Positions 18,956 to 28,249 of a stretch of 64,000 nucleotides of DNA are shown one piece after another. Both the position numbers and the translations under genes were made by a program. This DNA is from an uncultured Dehalococcoidia bacterium (GTDB lineage: Bacteria > Chloroflexota > Dehalococcoidia > Lucifugimonadales > UBA1127): NCBI GenBank assembly GCA_964612825.1, contig CAZTCW010000036.1, positions 26,603 to 90,602 of the forward strand, in the 5' to 3' direction. Position 1 is the stretch's first letter, and each line of letters starts with the position of its first letter. The notes under the pieces are model-generated. The model searched no databases. It was given only the letters and a program-made list of their open reading frames with translations, and was not told the origin of the DNA.

Positions 18956-19567
18956 TTAAAATTTTTCATCAATAAGATTTTTAACTTGGGCAACAGTTTG
19001 CTCTAAATCCGTGTTCACGATAACAGGCAACCCATATTGTTCTCCAAGGCGAACATAAGCTTCTTGAAGTTGAATAATTGACTCTAATTGGCTTTTGTCT
19101 AAGTTACGGCTTTTGTGGGTAGGACCCATGGATCGTTTTATTAATGCTGACCGGTCCGGAACATCGAGTATGCAGAAGAGAGAAACTCCCAAAATTTGGG
19201 GGTCGAACATTCCGGGTAATAGGTGGGTTCCTTCCATAACAAGCGAGGCTCCTTCTCTTACTGACCGAGATATACAAGCGTCGATAGCTGGTTTTAATAA
19301 TTGGGTTTGTGCAATTGCTCCGTTCAGGACTTGGTCATCGTGTGAATTAGCTTGTTCAGGCATCAATTTCCAAGCGTCGAAAGTGAAACCGCCTAGCAAT
19401 TTCCGTTCCTGAGTTGGGAGAACAGCGGATATTGCTTCCCTTACGAACCCGGTACTAAGATGATGCGCTAGGTCAAATTCCTGGACTAGGGCGTTAGCGA
19501 GGGTAGTTTTCCCAGTCCCTGAACTTCCCCCTAATAGTATTATGAGAGGAGAATCAGAACTTTCCAT
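18956..19567 (-). CDS. P-loop kinase, 2-phosphoglycerate-kinase-like
   Basis: 203 aa. Walker A GGSSGTGKTT, then STGFVREAI and MEGTHLLPG, which resemble the 2PGK kinase domain. Confidence 0.55.
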   Translation of the reverse strand: MESSDSPLIILLGGSSGTGKTTLANALVQEFDLAHHLSTGFVREAISAVLPTQERKLLGGFTFDAWKLMPEQANSHDDQVLNGAIAQTQLLKPAIDACISRSVREGASLVMEGTHLLPGMFDPQILGVSLFCILDVPDRSALIKRSMGPTHKSRNLDKSQLESIIQLQEAYVRLGEQYGLPVIVNTDLEQTVAQVKNLIDEKF

Positions 19568-19705
19568 GGTAAAATTTCTTTCTAAAATCTTTGTCCTTAT
19601 TGTAGGTGGAATTCAGGTATTGTCGCAAGTTCGCCGCATTTAATTTGCCAATTAAGATGAAAGTCGTTCCTAATCGGGTGGATATTTTGTCGGGGGTTAT
19701 TATAG

Positions 19706-20260
19706 ATGATGCTGCGTATTATAAATTCTATCCATGAAAGAATTGGTTCCCCTATAACCTGCCTAATAATAGGCCTGTGTTTCGCGTTGCTACCACTCAT
19801 TTCTTGCTCAACCCCGGAAATGGCACCTAATTTTGTATTGACCAGTTACGGCAATTCTGCTGAAGATTTTAAGAATAAGAAATTTTCATTGGATGAATTT
19901 CGGGGAAATGCAGTCGTATTGAACTTTTGGGCTCCTTTATGTCCTCCGTGTCGTTCGGAAATGCCTCTGTTTGAATCATATTGGCAAGATGTAAAGGATA
20001 AAGGGGTGATAGTGTTAGGTGCTGACGTAGGACCTGCTTTGGGCTTGGGAAACGAAGAGGAAGCTCGAGAGTTCATTGAACAAATTGGTGTAACTTATCC
20101 CACTGGAAACACTAACTTAAATTCTGTAGTGGATTCGTATAGCATTCTGGGTATGCCGACCACGGTTTTTATTTCACCTGAGGGGGTTATAAAACATACT
20201 TGGATTGGTTCAATTGGTGAAGAGGATTTATTCCGATTGACAAAGGAATTCATCCAATAA
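19706..20260 (+). CDS. TlpA/ResA-like thiol:disulfide oxidoreductase, probable lipoprotein
   Basis: 184 aa. Signal peptide ending in lipobox-like LISC. Thioredoxin motif FWAPLCPPCRSE. Confidence 0.85.
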   Translation: MMLRIINSIHERIGSPITCLIIGLCFALLPLISCSTPEMAPNFVLTSYGNSAEDFKNKKFSLDEFRGNAVVLNFWAPLCPPCRSEMPLFESYWQDVKDKGVIVLGADVGPALGLGNEEEAREFIEQIGVTYPTGNTNLNSVVDSYSILGMPTTVFISPEGVIKHTWIGSIGEEDLFRLTKEFIQ

Positions 20261-20514
20261 ATGTGTTTACCGATGTAGTTGCATAATCTTTTTGGTTACC
20301 CCTTCACTAATCATTGTGGGAGATTCATTGGGGTAAAATATGTATCGTTTTACCCTCGCCTTAGTACTTGCCTTATAATGTGGATGCCTGTAAACTCAGA
20401 TGGTCGTTGGGCTCTGGATTACTATCAACTTTCCTATTTAACCGTAATCTTTGGGGGTAAATACAAGCAGGGGCCCGCGGGAAAGTTGCGTGCTTGTATC
20501 AAGGAGGTATTCTC

Positions 20515-20808
20515 GTGGCATTTCAGGATAAGACCTTGGTGTGCAGGGAATGTGCAAACGAATTCACGTTTACGGCAGGCGAGCAAGAGTTCTATCAACA
20601 GCGTGGCTTAGTTCACGAGCCTGCAAGATGCCCTACATGTCGGGCTGATAGAAGAAGGATGCGATCAGGCTATGATAGCGGGCCTAGAGCGATGTACCCA
20701 GCAGTTTGTGCATCTTGCGGTAAGGAGACTGAGGTACCATTCCAGCCCAGACTTGGCAGACCCGTATATTGCAGCGATTGCTACTCCTCTATTCGAAGCA
20801 CTCAGTAA
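20515..20808 (+). CDS. zinc-ribbon (2x CxxC pairs) small protein
   Basis: The ORF-track start at 20494 is unlikely. GTG at 20515 sits 7 nt after AAGGAGG. Sequence has CRECANEF...CPTCR and CASCGKE...CSDCY pairs. Confidence 0.7.
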   Translation: MAFQDKTLVCRECANEFTFTAGEQEFYQQRGLVHEPARCPTCRADRRRMRSGYDSGPRAMYPAVCASCGKETEVPFQPRLGRPVYCSDCYSSIRSTQ

Positions 20809-21006
20809 TTCTTCGTTTGTAATTTGAAACTTGTTGTAACTGGATTCTTGGGCTTTTCGTAGATTGCCCAGGGATTTCAGATATGTATTTTGTGGCTTTT
20901 GATTTAGGTTTACCTTTTCCTACTCGCGTCCCGCTTATTGTTGTTGAGGTTTCGATATTTCCTTCCATTAAGTACATAACTACCGCTTTAACTGAACCTT
21001 TTTGGG

Positions 21007-21837
21007 CTATCCTCTGCTTAGGTTTTGGCTAATCGATTCAATAATCCTTGATTTACCTAGCCTGCTGTAGATATTAATTAAATTTTTTGATGTTCTTGCG
21101 TGTACCTCTGCGATTTCGATTTGCATTGTTTCACTGAGTTTCTCAGCAATTTGGGAAAGATCTCTAGGTTCCGTCCAATTTTCACGATTCTTTTTAAATG
21201 GTTGTGGATAGGAGTCCGTTTCGAGAACAATCCCTTCTAGGGGAAGAGATTTTACTAACTCTTGTAGCTTTGGTTGTCGAATAAGTGGCTTCCCTAGAGA
21301 AATTAAAAACCCTGAATCTAAACATTTATTGGCGGTGTATTCATCACCTTGAAAATAATGCATGGCCCCACCCACTTCCCATCCTCGTTCTTGGTTTAGA
21401 ATTTTGAGCACTTCATTGTGGGTTTCAGGGTGTCCATTCAGTTCCCTCGAGTGAAAGATTATTGGTAATTTTACTTCTCTTGCTAATCTGATGGCTTCGC
21501 GAAAAGTTTGGTATTGTACTGGGAGTGGTGGAGCATCCTCGCTAAAATCCAATCCTATCTCGCTAATGGCTGCTATTTTTTGGCTGGAGTTAACTAGGTC
21601 TCTCATGTTACTGATAGTTTTTTCGTCTAAGAAAGATTCCACGTCCATCGGGTGAATTCCTACTCCCGCAAAAAGAGATTCATCGGTATTTGCAACTGTT
21701 ATGCATTTTGCTGACGACTCTAGAGTGGTTCCTGCTAGGAACACAACTCCGACAGAAGCAGCTTTTGCTCGTTCCAAAACCAATGGAATTTCCTCTGGTG
21801 GAAATTCGTGGATATGTGTATGGATGTCAACAAGCAT
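21007..21837 (-). CDS. tatD: TatD-family metal-dependent hydrolase
   Basis: 276 aa. MLVDIHTHIH start, EIGLD, IFHSRE and ETDSYP motifs. Confidence 0.9.
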   Translation of the reverse strand: MLVDIHTHIHEFPPEEIPLVLERAKAASVGVVFLAGTTLESSAKCITVANTDESLFAGVGIHPMDVESFLDEKTISNMRDLVNSSQKIAAISEIGLDFSEDAPPLPVQYQTFREAIRLAREVKLPIIFHSRELNGHPETHNEVLKILNQERGWEVGGAMHYFQGDEYTANKCLDSGFLISLGKPLIRQPKLQELVKSLPLEGIVLETDSYPQPFKKNRENWTEPRDLSQIAEKLSETMQIEIAEVHARTSKNLINIYSRLGKSRIIESISQNLSRG

Positions 21838-21906
21838 AAGAAGTTTCGATATTATAGAGTGAAACCTATTCTATACTATAGGTAAATATAACTACTGGGC
21901 CAGTGG

Positions 21907-23580
21907 ATGAAAATGAATTGTAATGCTTCAAATAGAATGCCATGGGTTATGTTATTACCAATTATATTTTTATCTTGTTTTTGTCTTAATTTTGATAGCG
22001 ATGTTGAGGAGTTTGCCCCCGAATATCCTGGGATCTCCCCGTGGATGATTCCTCTTGAGGATTCAGATGAAACGAGCTCGGAGGCAAAGATTTCGGGAGG
22101 GACGCTCGTAATCTCAACCAGAGTTCAGAATTCAAAAGGAGAAAATGGAATACAAAACCCTTCTTTTTCTTCTTGGGGGCCAGGGATCGTTTATAGTCGG
22201 TTGTTTCGATTAAGGAGCGGAGAAGGAGTCGAACTTCCTAATCAAATTGTGGAATGTGATTTGTGTGACTCTTGGACATTAAGGGACCCAACCACTTTAG
22301 AAATTCATCTAAAAACAGATGTTTTTTGGCAGAAAACCCCACCGGTTAACGGGCGTGCGGTTACGATTGAGGATGTAGTTTTGAGTTTAGAACAGTTGGC
22401 AAAATCGGATTCGCATTTGCTGGCTGGAGGCTTCAATATCCGAGAAATTGAAACCACACCATCGGGAATTTTGATTCATATGCTTACTCCTGATCCTGAC
22501 ATTTTGATTTCCTTGGCCAATGGATCCTCAAAAATCATTCCCCTAGAACATTTGGGTATTGAAGATCTGCACCCGGATGATTTTGTGGGAAGTGGACCTT
22601 GGGAGATACAATCAACGGATTCTAACGACCGGTTTGAGTTTAAAGCCAATAAAGATTATTTTGAAATCGGGTATCCTCATCTAGATGGTTTGAAGATACT
22701 AGTGATAAAAGATGGGGCTACTCGGTTAGCGGCATTTAAAAATGGCATCTTGGACATCGGACAACTTGCTACACCAGAATCTATCGATTACCTTGAATTT
22801 CATCGAGAGATACGTGATTTCATGTACATAGATTATGGGTCGGGGGTAAACTTGTTACTCAATACCCAAGCGTATCCTTTTTTGAACCCACAAATTAGAC
22901 AAGCTTTATTCTTTTCTATTGATCCGTGGACGTTGAATCAGGATTTTATGGTAAATTCTTCTGTGGTTAGCAGTGGAATACCGATAATTGACAGCTCATG
23001 GATATTAGAGAATGAGATTTGGGAGGCGGGGTTAAATAATAGCGCTAGGGCGTTGGAATTATTGTCGTTGGAAAACGAGGGGAGTCTTCTCCCTTTAGAC
23101 CTTTTGGTAGCGGACTATGGGGATTCACACCTGGAGTATGCCGAACGTTTTGTTAACCAGGCAAAGCCACTGGGATTTGAGTTCTTTATTACGCCGCTTA
23201 ATCCGACAGATTATCTGGAAAAAGTTTGGTTGAAGAAGGAGTTTACTATCGCTTTGGGCCCAACACCCCCCATGAAAACCCCAAACCAATACCTGAAAAA
23301 TATTGTTCATAGTCAAGGTAGTATGAATATTTCAGGGTATCAACACAAAGAGTTAGATTATTTGATACAAAGACAGTCTGAAGAATGGGATCTTTCTAAA
23401 CGAACGAATCTGATAAAATCCGTCAAATTGCACATGCTGGAGAATGCGGTAGGGCTTATGCTCTCTACGAATACGCATGTTTGGGCTTGGTGGCCCAAAG
23501 TACAAGATCTTCATCTAAATTTTGCCAATAGCGAATATATTTTTTGGTCTCGCGTTTGGCTAGAAAATAGACCAAAATAA
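21907..23580 (+). CDS. ABC transporter substrate-binding protein (family 5, peptide/nickel type), probable lipoprotein
   Basis: 557 aa. Signal peptide with FLSC lipobox. Size and motifs (W..TP..GR..T.EDV, FKANKDYF) fit SBP_bac_5. No permease or ATPase genes adjacent. Confidence 0.7.
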   Translation: MKMNCNASNRMPWVMLLPIIFLSCFCLNFDSDVEEFAPEYPGISPWMIPLEDSDETSSEAKISGGTLVISTRVQNSKGENGIQNPSFSSWGPGIVYSRLFRLRSGEGVELPNQIVECDLCDSWTLRDPTTLEIHLKTDVFWQKTPPVNGRAVTIEDVVLSLEQLAKSDSHLLAGGFNIREIETTPSGILIHMLTPDPDILISLANGSSKIIPLEHLGIEDLHPDDFVGSGPWEIQSTDSNDRFEFKANKDYFEIGYPHLDGLKILVIKDGATRLAAFKNGILDIGQLATPESIDYLEFHREIRDFMYIDYGSGVNLLLNTQAYPFLNPQIRQALFFSIDPWTLNQDFMVNSSVVSSGIPIIDSSWILENEIWEAGLNNSARALELLSLENEGSLLPLDLLVADYGDSHLEYAERFVNQAKPLGFEFFITPLNPTDYLEKVWLKKEFTIALGPTPPMKTPNQYLKNIVHSQGSMNISGYQHKELDYLIQRQSEEWDLSKRTNLIKSVKLHMLENAVGLMLSTNTHVWAWWPKVQDLHLNFANSEYIFWSRVWLENRPK

Positions 23581-23622
23581 TATGAACTTTCTAAAAGTTC
23601 GGAATGCTAGATAATTCTCTCG

Positions 23623-23645
23623 AAATTCAGGAGCGACTGAATTTT
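23623..23645 (+). terminator. rho-independent terminator-like hairpin after the SBP gene
   Basis: AAATTCAG (23623-23630) / GAGCGA / CTGAATTT (23637-23644) running into TTTTCT. Lies 43 nt after the stop. Confidence 0.45.
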
Positions 23646-23742
23646 CTAGCTTGACGTTATCGTTAAGTGATTTGTGAAGGGCACTTTCGTACTAAGTCAA
23701 TATTTGTAAGAGCTTGGGGGTAGACAACAAATAATCCTTTGT

Positions 23743-24042
23743 TTGACAATGGTTCTCATGGCTGAACAATTATCCTTCCATATGGTAGTCTGGGGGTCAG
23801 TTCAAGGCGTCGGGTTCCGGGAATTTGTATTACAAACGGCTCTCAAACTGGGCGTAAGTGGTTATGTGAGAAATTTGCAATCTCACAACGCGGTAGAGGT
23901 AGTGGGTGAGGGATTGCAAGATAACCTCAGACTGTTTACTGAATACCTCTGGGAGGGCCCGCCTGCGTCAACAGTTATAAAAATTAACTTGTCTTGGAAC
24001 AGATCGTCCCTTGGTCGAAAGGGATTTATTCGTTTAGATTAG
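23743..24042 (+). CDS. acyP: acylphosphatase
   Basis: VWGSVQGVGFREFV and GYVRN motifs. True start is probably the internal ATG at 23758 (MAEQLSF...). Confidence 0.88.
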   Translation: MTMVLMAEQLSFHMVVWGSVQGVGFREFVLQTALKLGVSGYVRNLQSHNAVEVVGEGLQDNLRLFTEYLWEGPPASTVIKINLSWNRSSLGRKGFIRLD

Positions 24043-24487
24043 CCATTATTCCATAGGAAGTTTGGGAGTTTAATACTCGCCCCAACGTAGAAATGGAGAG
24101 TGAGCGAGGGCTCATTCCTAATGACCATGTTGCTTCAATGTTTTCTCCAAGTTGAGTGACAGACATCGGCCGGTTCCCCTGTTTTAATAGCAAACGAAAT
24201 ACTGCTTCAACCATAGGGGTTTTAGAATGAATATAATCCTCTTTTTTGGAGCATGATTTCATTATTTCCCGCATCTCTTTTTGCCAGTTTGGGGTGGAAT
24301 TTTTCCTTACATTTTTTTGTGATTCGTTCCAAGCTTCATAGGCCTGACACTCAGCGCAGCGCCTTTGATGAACTATTAAGCTAAGGGAAATACCATGATT
24401 TTCATACCACGCGGGGTCAATTGAGTAAAAGGTATCCTTAAATTCATTTACGGATCCCGTGGATTGGGCTAATTCGCCGTTTGTCAT
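24026..24487 (-). CDS. hypothetical protein (no recognisable family)
   Basis: 153 aa. Start lies 1 nt from the moeA stop (operonic). 17-nt convergent overlap with acyP. Contains a CAEC pair. The C-terminal half looks helical. Confidence 0.5.
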   Translation of the reverse strand: MTNGELAQSTGSVNEFKDTFYSIDPAWYENHGISLSLIVHQRRCAECQAYEAWNESQKNVRKNSTPNWQKEMREIMKSCSKKEDYIHSKTPMVEAVFRLLLKQGNRPMSVTQLGENIEATWSLGMSPRSLSISTLGRVLNSQTSYGIMANLNE

Positions 24488-24488
24488 T

Positions 24489-25787
24489 TTAAACCTCTAC
24501 CTCTTCTGGCCAATCTAGCATTTGCACAATAACTATCTGACCGTCATTTATTTCCGGAACATCCTGAGGGCAAATGGCTAACCCATTTGCCCTGGAAATT
24601 GAAGTTAGAATATTGCTCCCTTGAGGTCCGGTTGGAATAGCATAATAATTTTCTCCTGTTTTGCCAACAACAACCCTGGCGTATACTCTTCTTCCATCGT
24701 AATTAATAATCTTTCCTCTTAAAATCGCAGTTACGGTGGGCTTAGTTAACTCGGTACGTCCTAACATTCTTAAGATTGCTGGTCGGCAAAATTGTTCAAA
24801 TGCTACTAAAGCGCTTACTGGATTTCCGGGCAATCCGATATGTGGGACCATACGTCCCTTCGGGTCCTTAATCGTCCCAAACGCGAGTGGTTTCGCGGGC
24901 CTCATTCGAACAGACCAAAACTTAATCTCTCCGTGTTGAACTAACACGTCTTTGATAAAGTCGTAATCTCCTTTGGAGACTCCAGCGGATGTAATTAGGA
25001 GATCGGCATCCAATCCTTGGTTTAATTTCTCAACGGTGGCTTCTAAATTGTCAGGAGCTATACCAAGGGGATGAGGAATTCCTCCGTATTTTGTAACAGA
25101 TGCAGCTAAGCTAAAACTATTGGAATCAAAAATTTTTCCGGGTTCAATAGGGCGCCCTGGTTGTAAGAGTTCATCCCCTGTGGCTAGGATTGATACGTGT
25201 GGTTTTCGGATGACCTTTACTTCTGATTTTCCCATTGAGGCAAGCACTCCAATTTCAGTCGGTCTTAGAATTGTTCCTTTTGTCAAAATGACCTCGTCTT
25301 TTTTTACGTCTTCTCCGGCGGGACGAATATTTGCACGCCTTTGAGAAATAATTCTAATACCAATCTGGTTGATCTTCTTTCCGCTATTTTTGCGGTCAAT
25401 TTCATCGGTGTCCTCAAATGGAATTACTGTATCAGCACCATCGGGAATCGGTGCTCCGGTCATAATTCGAATCGCTGATCCTGGCCTAACTTCCTTATTA
25501 GATATGTGGCCCGCTGCTACTTCCCCAATTACTTCCAGTGTCGTGGGGTGATCAGGGGTGGTGTGACTAATGTCTTCGTATCTTAACGCGTATCCGTCCA
25601 TTGCTGAATTTTCTAAGGGTGGAATGTCAAATGTAGCGGTAATTGATTCGTCAAGAGTTTGGCCTAATGTGTCAAGGATGGGTTTTACCTCTGATGGTAA
25701 TTTTCTGAAGTTAGCGAGAATAAGTTCTAACGCTTCTTCTACTTGAAGCATATCCTCATTATGGTTGTGATGATGGTGTGTATCCAT
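24489..25787 (-). CDS. moeA: molybdopterin molybdenumtransferase
   Basis: SAMDGYALR and the rest of the MoeA fold. Start chosen at ATG 25787 (MDTHHHHNHNED...). The ORF-track start at 25832 would overlap pheT by 20 nt. Confidence 0.88.
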   Translation of the reverse strand: MDTHHHHNHNEDMLQVEEALELILANFRKLPSEVKPILDTLGQTLDESITATFDIPPLENSAMDGYALRYEDISHTTPDHPTTLEVIGEVAAGHISNKEVRPGSAIRIMTGAPIPDGADTVIPFEDTDEIDRKNSGKKINQIGIRIISQRRANIRPAGEDVKKDEVILTKGTILRPTEIGVLASMGKSEVKVIRKPHVSILATGDELLQPGRPIEPGKIFDSNSFSLAASVTKYGGIPHPLGIAPDNLEATVEKLNQGLDADLLITSAGVSKGDYDFIKDVLVQHGEIKFWSVRMRPAKPLAFGTIKDPKGRMVPHIGLPGNPVSALVAFEQFCRPAILRMLGRTELTKPTVTAILRGKIINYDGRRVYARVVVGKTGENYYAIPTGPQGSNILTSISRANGLAICPQDVPEINDGQIVIVQMLDWPEEVEV

Positions 25788-25812
25788 TACATTAATCTCG
25801 AATAAGACTCGT

Positions 25813-28218
25813 TTAATCCCGCCTGATTGCACCGAATTCCAGATTCAGTTTTTCCAGAATGGTATCGGTGGCTACGTCAATTTCATTTGAGGTTAGAGTT
25901 TTCACATTGGATTGGAATATTACTCTTAATCCTAGAGATCTTTTTCCTTTTGGTACTTGGGATCCCGAGTATACGTCAAAAAGAGTCGTCTCAACGACCA
26001 AGGGTTCCTTCTGAATCAAGGCAACAATTTTGTTGCTTTCGATCGTCGAATTAACTACTAAGGCTAGATCTCGTTCCGATCCAGGAAACCGTGGAGGGGC
26101 CGTAAATTGGTTTTCTCGATGGGGGAGTATAGATAGTAACTGGCTCAGATAAACTTCTAAATATGTAACTGGACGCCCTACCACATCAAAAGAATTCAAC
26201 ACTTCGCGGTTAACTTCACCAATATTGGCAATTTCTACATCTTTTACATACACTGCGGCAGTTTTTCCTGGTTCTAACCCAGGTTTTTTGATAACACTAT
26301 AAGTTTCGCTAAGGTTGAGACCACGAAAGACTGTTTCTAGAACTCCTTTACCGTCAAAGAAATTCATCAATTCATTTGCTTCTAGCCAAGAAAGTTCTGA
26401 GCGTGGGCCAGATAGTACAGCTGTAAGCACATCTTCTTCTAAGGGAAGTTGCCCATCTTGGGGTATATAACGCCGTCCGATTTCGAAAAGAAGGATAGGG
26501 CCTTCTACAAATCGTTGATTGGAAGCTAACGTTTGAAGGGTGCTAGAGATAAGCTCCGTTCTGAGGTATTGGTGTTCGGGTCTTAAGGGGTTGGATAATT
26601 TAAGTGGTTCTGGAGAGTTTTCTATCCACGATTTGGATTTTTCCAGGACGTCCGATCCGACAAGAGGGTAGGTTATTATTTCTTGAAATCCGACTGATAC
26701 AAAAGAATCCCTTAGATACTCTTTTATGTTCCGGTAGATATCAGGGTTATGATAAGGAATCGATGTTGAGATCATTGTTGTAGGAATTTTGTCATAGCCC
26801 ACGACCCTAGCAATTTCCTCTATCAAGTCATCTTCTATTGATATATCTGCTCTCCAATAAGGAATCTCTACTTTAAGTGATGATGTGCCCATTTGGGACG
26901 ATTCAAATCCTAGGGTTTGAAGAGCCGATTGAGCGAGTCGGATTGATAATTTCATTCCTAGCAATTGGATAAGACGTTTTTTTGTTAAGATTATTGACGA
27001 TTGAGATTCGGATATTGGATTTGTGTCTATAATGCCGCTGGAAACAATTCCGCCGGCAATCTGAACGATAAGCTGTGTAGCTCGTCGTAATCCCATGGGA
27101 GGGAGGCACGGGCGTTCACCTTTCTCAAAACGTAACGAGGCCTCGGTTCGTAATTTTAATTCTGTCCCCGTCCTTCGGGTATTGAAGGCGTGGAAACTCG
27201 CTGCTTCAAGCATAATGGTGGTGGAAGTTGGAGATACTTCACTGTTGGCTCCTCCGATGATTCCAGCGAGTCCAAGAGTTTTTTTTGGGTCAGAAATTAC
27301 TAGCATTGGTGGTTTAAGTGTCCGTTGAATTCCGTCTAATCCAATAAATTGCTCATTTGGATTGGCCTGCCTTACGATAATTGTTTGATCTTCAATTTTA
27401 TCAAAATCAAACGCATGCAATGGCTGACCGTATTCAAGCATAACGTAATTGGTGATATCGACCACATTATTTATAGGGCGCATCCCGCCTTCAATTAACC
27501 TATTTTGCATCCATTTCGGGGAAGGGCCAACCGAAACCCCTGTAATAAGGCTAGCAGTGTATCGAAGGCATAATTGTGGGTCATCGACATTCACGGACAC
27601 TGAGTCTGAAATCAAAGGACCTAATTCATCATAGCTGAGATTCGGTGGGGCTATTCTCGTGTCACAGATAGCAGCGATTTCATGCGCTAAGCCTAAAAGG
27701 GATAATCCGTCGGGACGGTTCGCTGGGACATCTACTTCCAATATTATGTCCCCTAGGAATTCATGTAGAGACATCCCTATGGGGGCGTCGTCGGGTAGAA
27801 CTAAAATTCCGGAATGGTCATCTCCAATTCCAAGTTCCAACTCAGAACAGATCATCCCGTTTGAGGCTATCCCTCTGATAACTGCCGACTTGAGAATTTC
27901 CTTTTTCCCGCTTCGGGTGTTGAATAATTCCGCGCCTGATTTTGCGAAGGCAATACGCTGGCCGGCTTCTACATTTGGGGCGCCACAGACCACTTGTAAC
28001 TGTTCATCCCCAATATCTACAGAACAGAGTTTAAGTCGGTCCGCATTTGGGTGTGAATCTACCGATATGACGGATCCAACTTGGCAGTACTCCCAACCAT
28101 CGCCCTTGGTTTCAATTGCACTAACTTCCAGTCCGGCCATAGTTAACCGGTCGGCCAATTCTGAAGGAGAGACGGTAATATCGACTATTTCTTTAATCCA
28201 TGAAAGAGGAAGACGCAT
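25813..28218 (-). CDS. pheT: phenylalanine--tRNA ligase beta subunit
   Basis: 801 aa. MRLPLSWIKE start. tRNA-binding, B3/4, B5 and FDX-ACB domain order is recognisable. Confidence 0.95.
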   Translation of the reverse strand: MRLPLSWIKEIVDITVSPSELADRLTMAGLEVSAIETKGDGWEYCQVGSVISVDSHPNADRLKLCSVDIGDEQLQVVCGAPNVEAGQRIAFAKSGAELFNTRSGKKEILKSAVIRGIASNGMICSELELGIGDDHSGILVLPDDAPIGMSLHEFLGDIILEVDVPANRPDGLSLLGLAHEIAAICDTRIAPPNLSYDELGPLISDSVSVNVDDPQLCLRYTASLITGVSVGPSPKWMQNRLIEGGMRPINNVVDITNYVMLEYGQPLHAFDFDKIEDQTIIVRQANPNEQFIGLDGIQRTLKPPMLVISDPKKTLGLAGIIGGANSEVSPTSTTIMLEAASFHAFNTRRTGTELKLRTEASLRFEKGERPCLPPMGLRRATQLIVQIAGGIVSSGIIDTNPISESQSSIILTKKRLIQLLGMKLSIRLAQSALQTLGFESSQMGTSSLKVEIPYWRADISIEDDLIEEIARVVGYDKIPTTMISTSIPYHNPDIYRNIKEYLRDSFVSVGFQEIITYPLVGSDVLEKSKSWIENSPEPLKLSNPLRPEHQYLRTELISSTLQTLASNQRFVEGPILLFEIGRRYIPQDGQLPLEEDVLTAVLSGPRSELSWLEANELMNFFDGKGVLETVFRGLNLSETYSVIKKPGLEPGKTAAVYVKDVEIANIGEVNREVLNSFDVVGRPVTYLEVYLSQLLSILPHRENQFTAPPRFPGSERDLALVVNSTIESNKIVALIQKEPLVVETTLFDVYSGSQVPKGKRSLGLRVIFQSNVKTLTSNEIDVATDTILEKLNLEFGAIRRD

Positions 28219-28249
28219 ATTCTACCTACCTATTAGGGAGCGGTGTGAA

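Noticed and set aside
20279-20611. 110-aa ORF covering the tlpA/Zn-ribbon intergenic region
   Set aside because: No SD, and out of frame with the Zn-ribbon gene. The region is better explained as a structured leader with a TATAAT box and hairpins.
20883-21035. 50-codon hydrophobic ORF on the + strand in the Zn-ribbon/tatD convergent gap
   Set aside because: Weak SD. Its 3' end overlaps the tatD C-terminus on the opposite strand. No conservation evidence is available.
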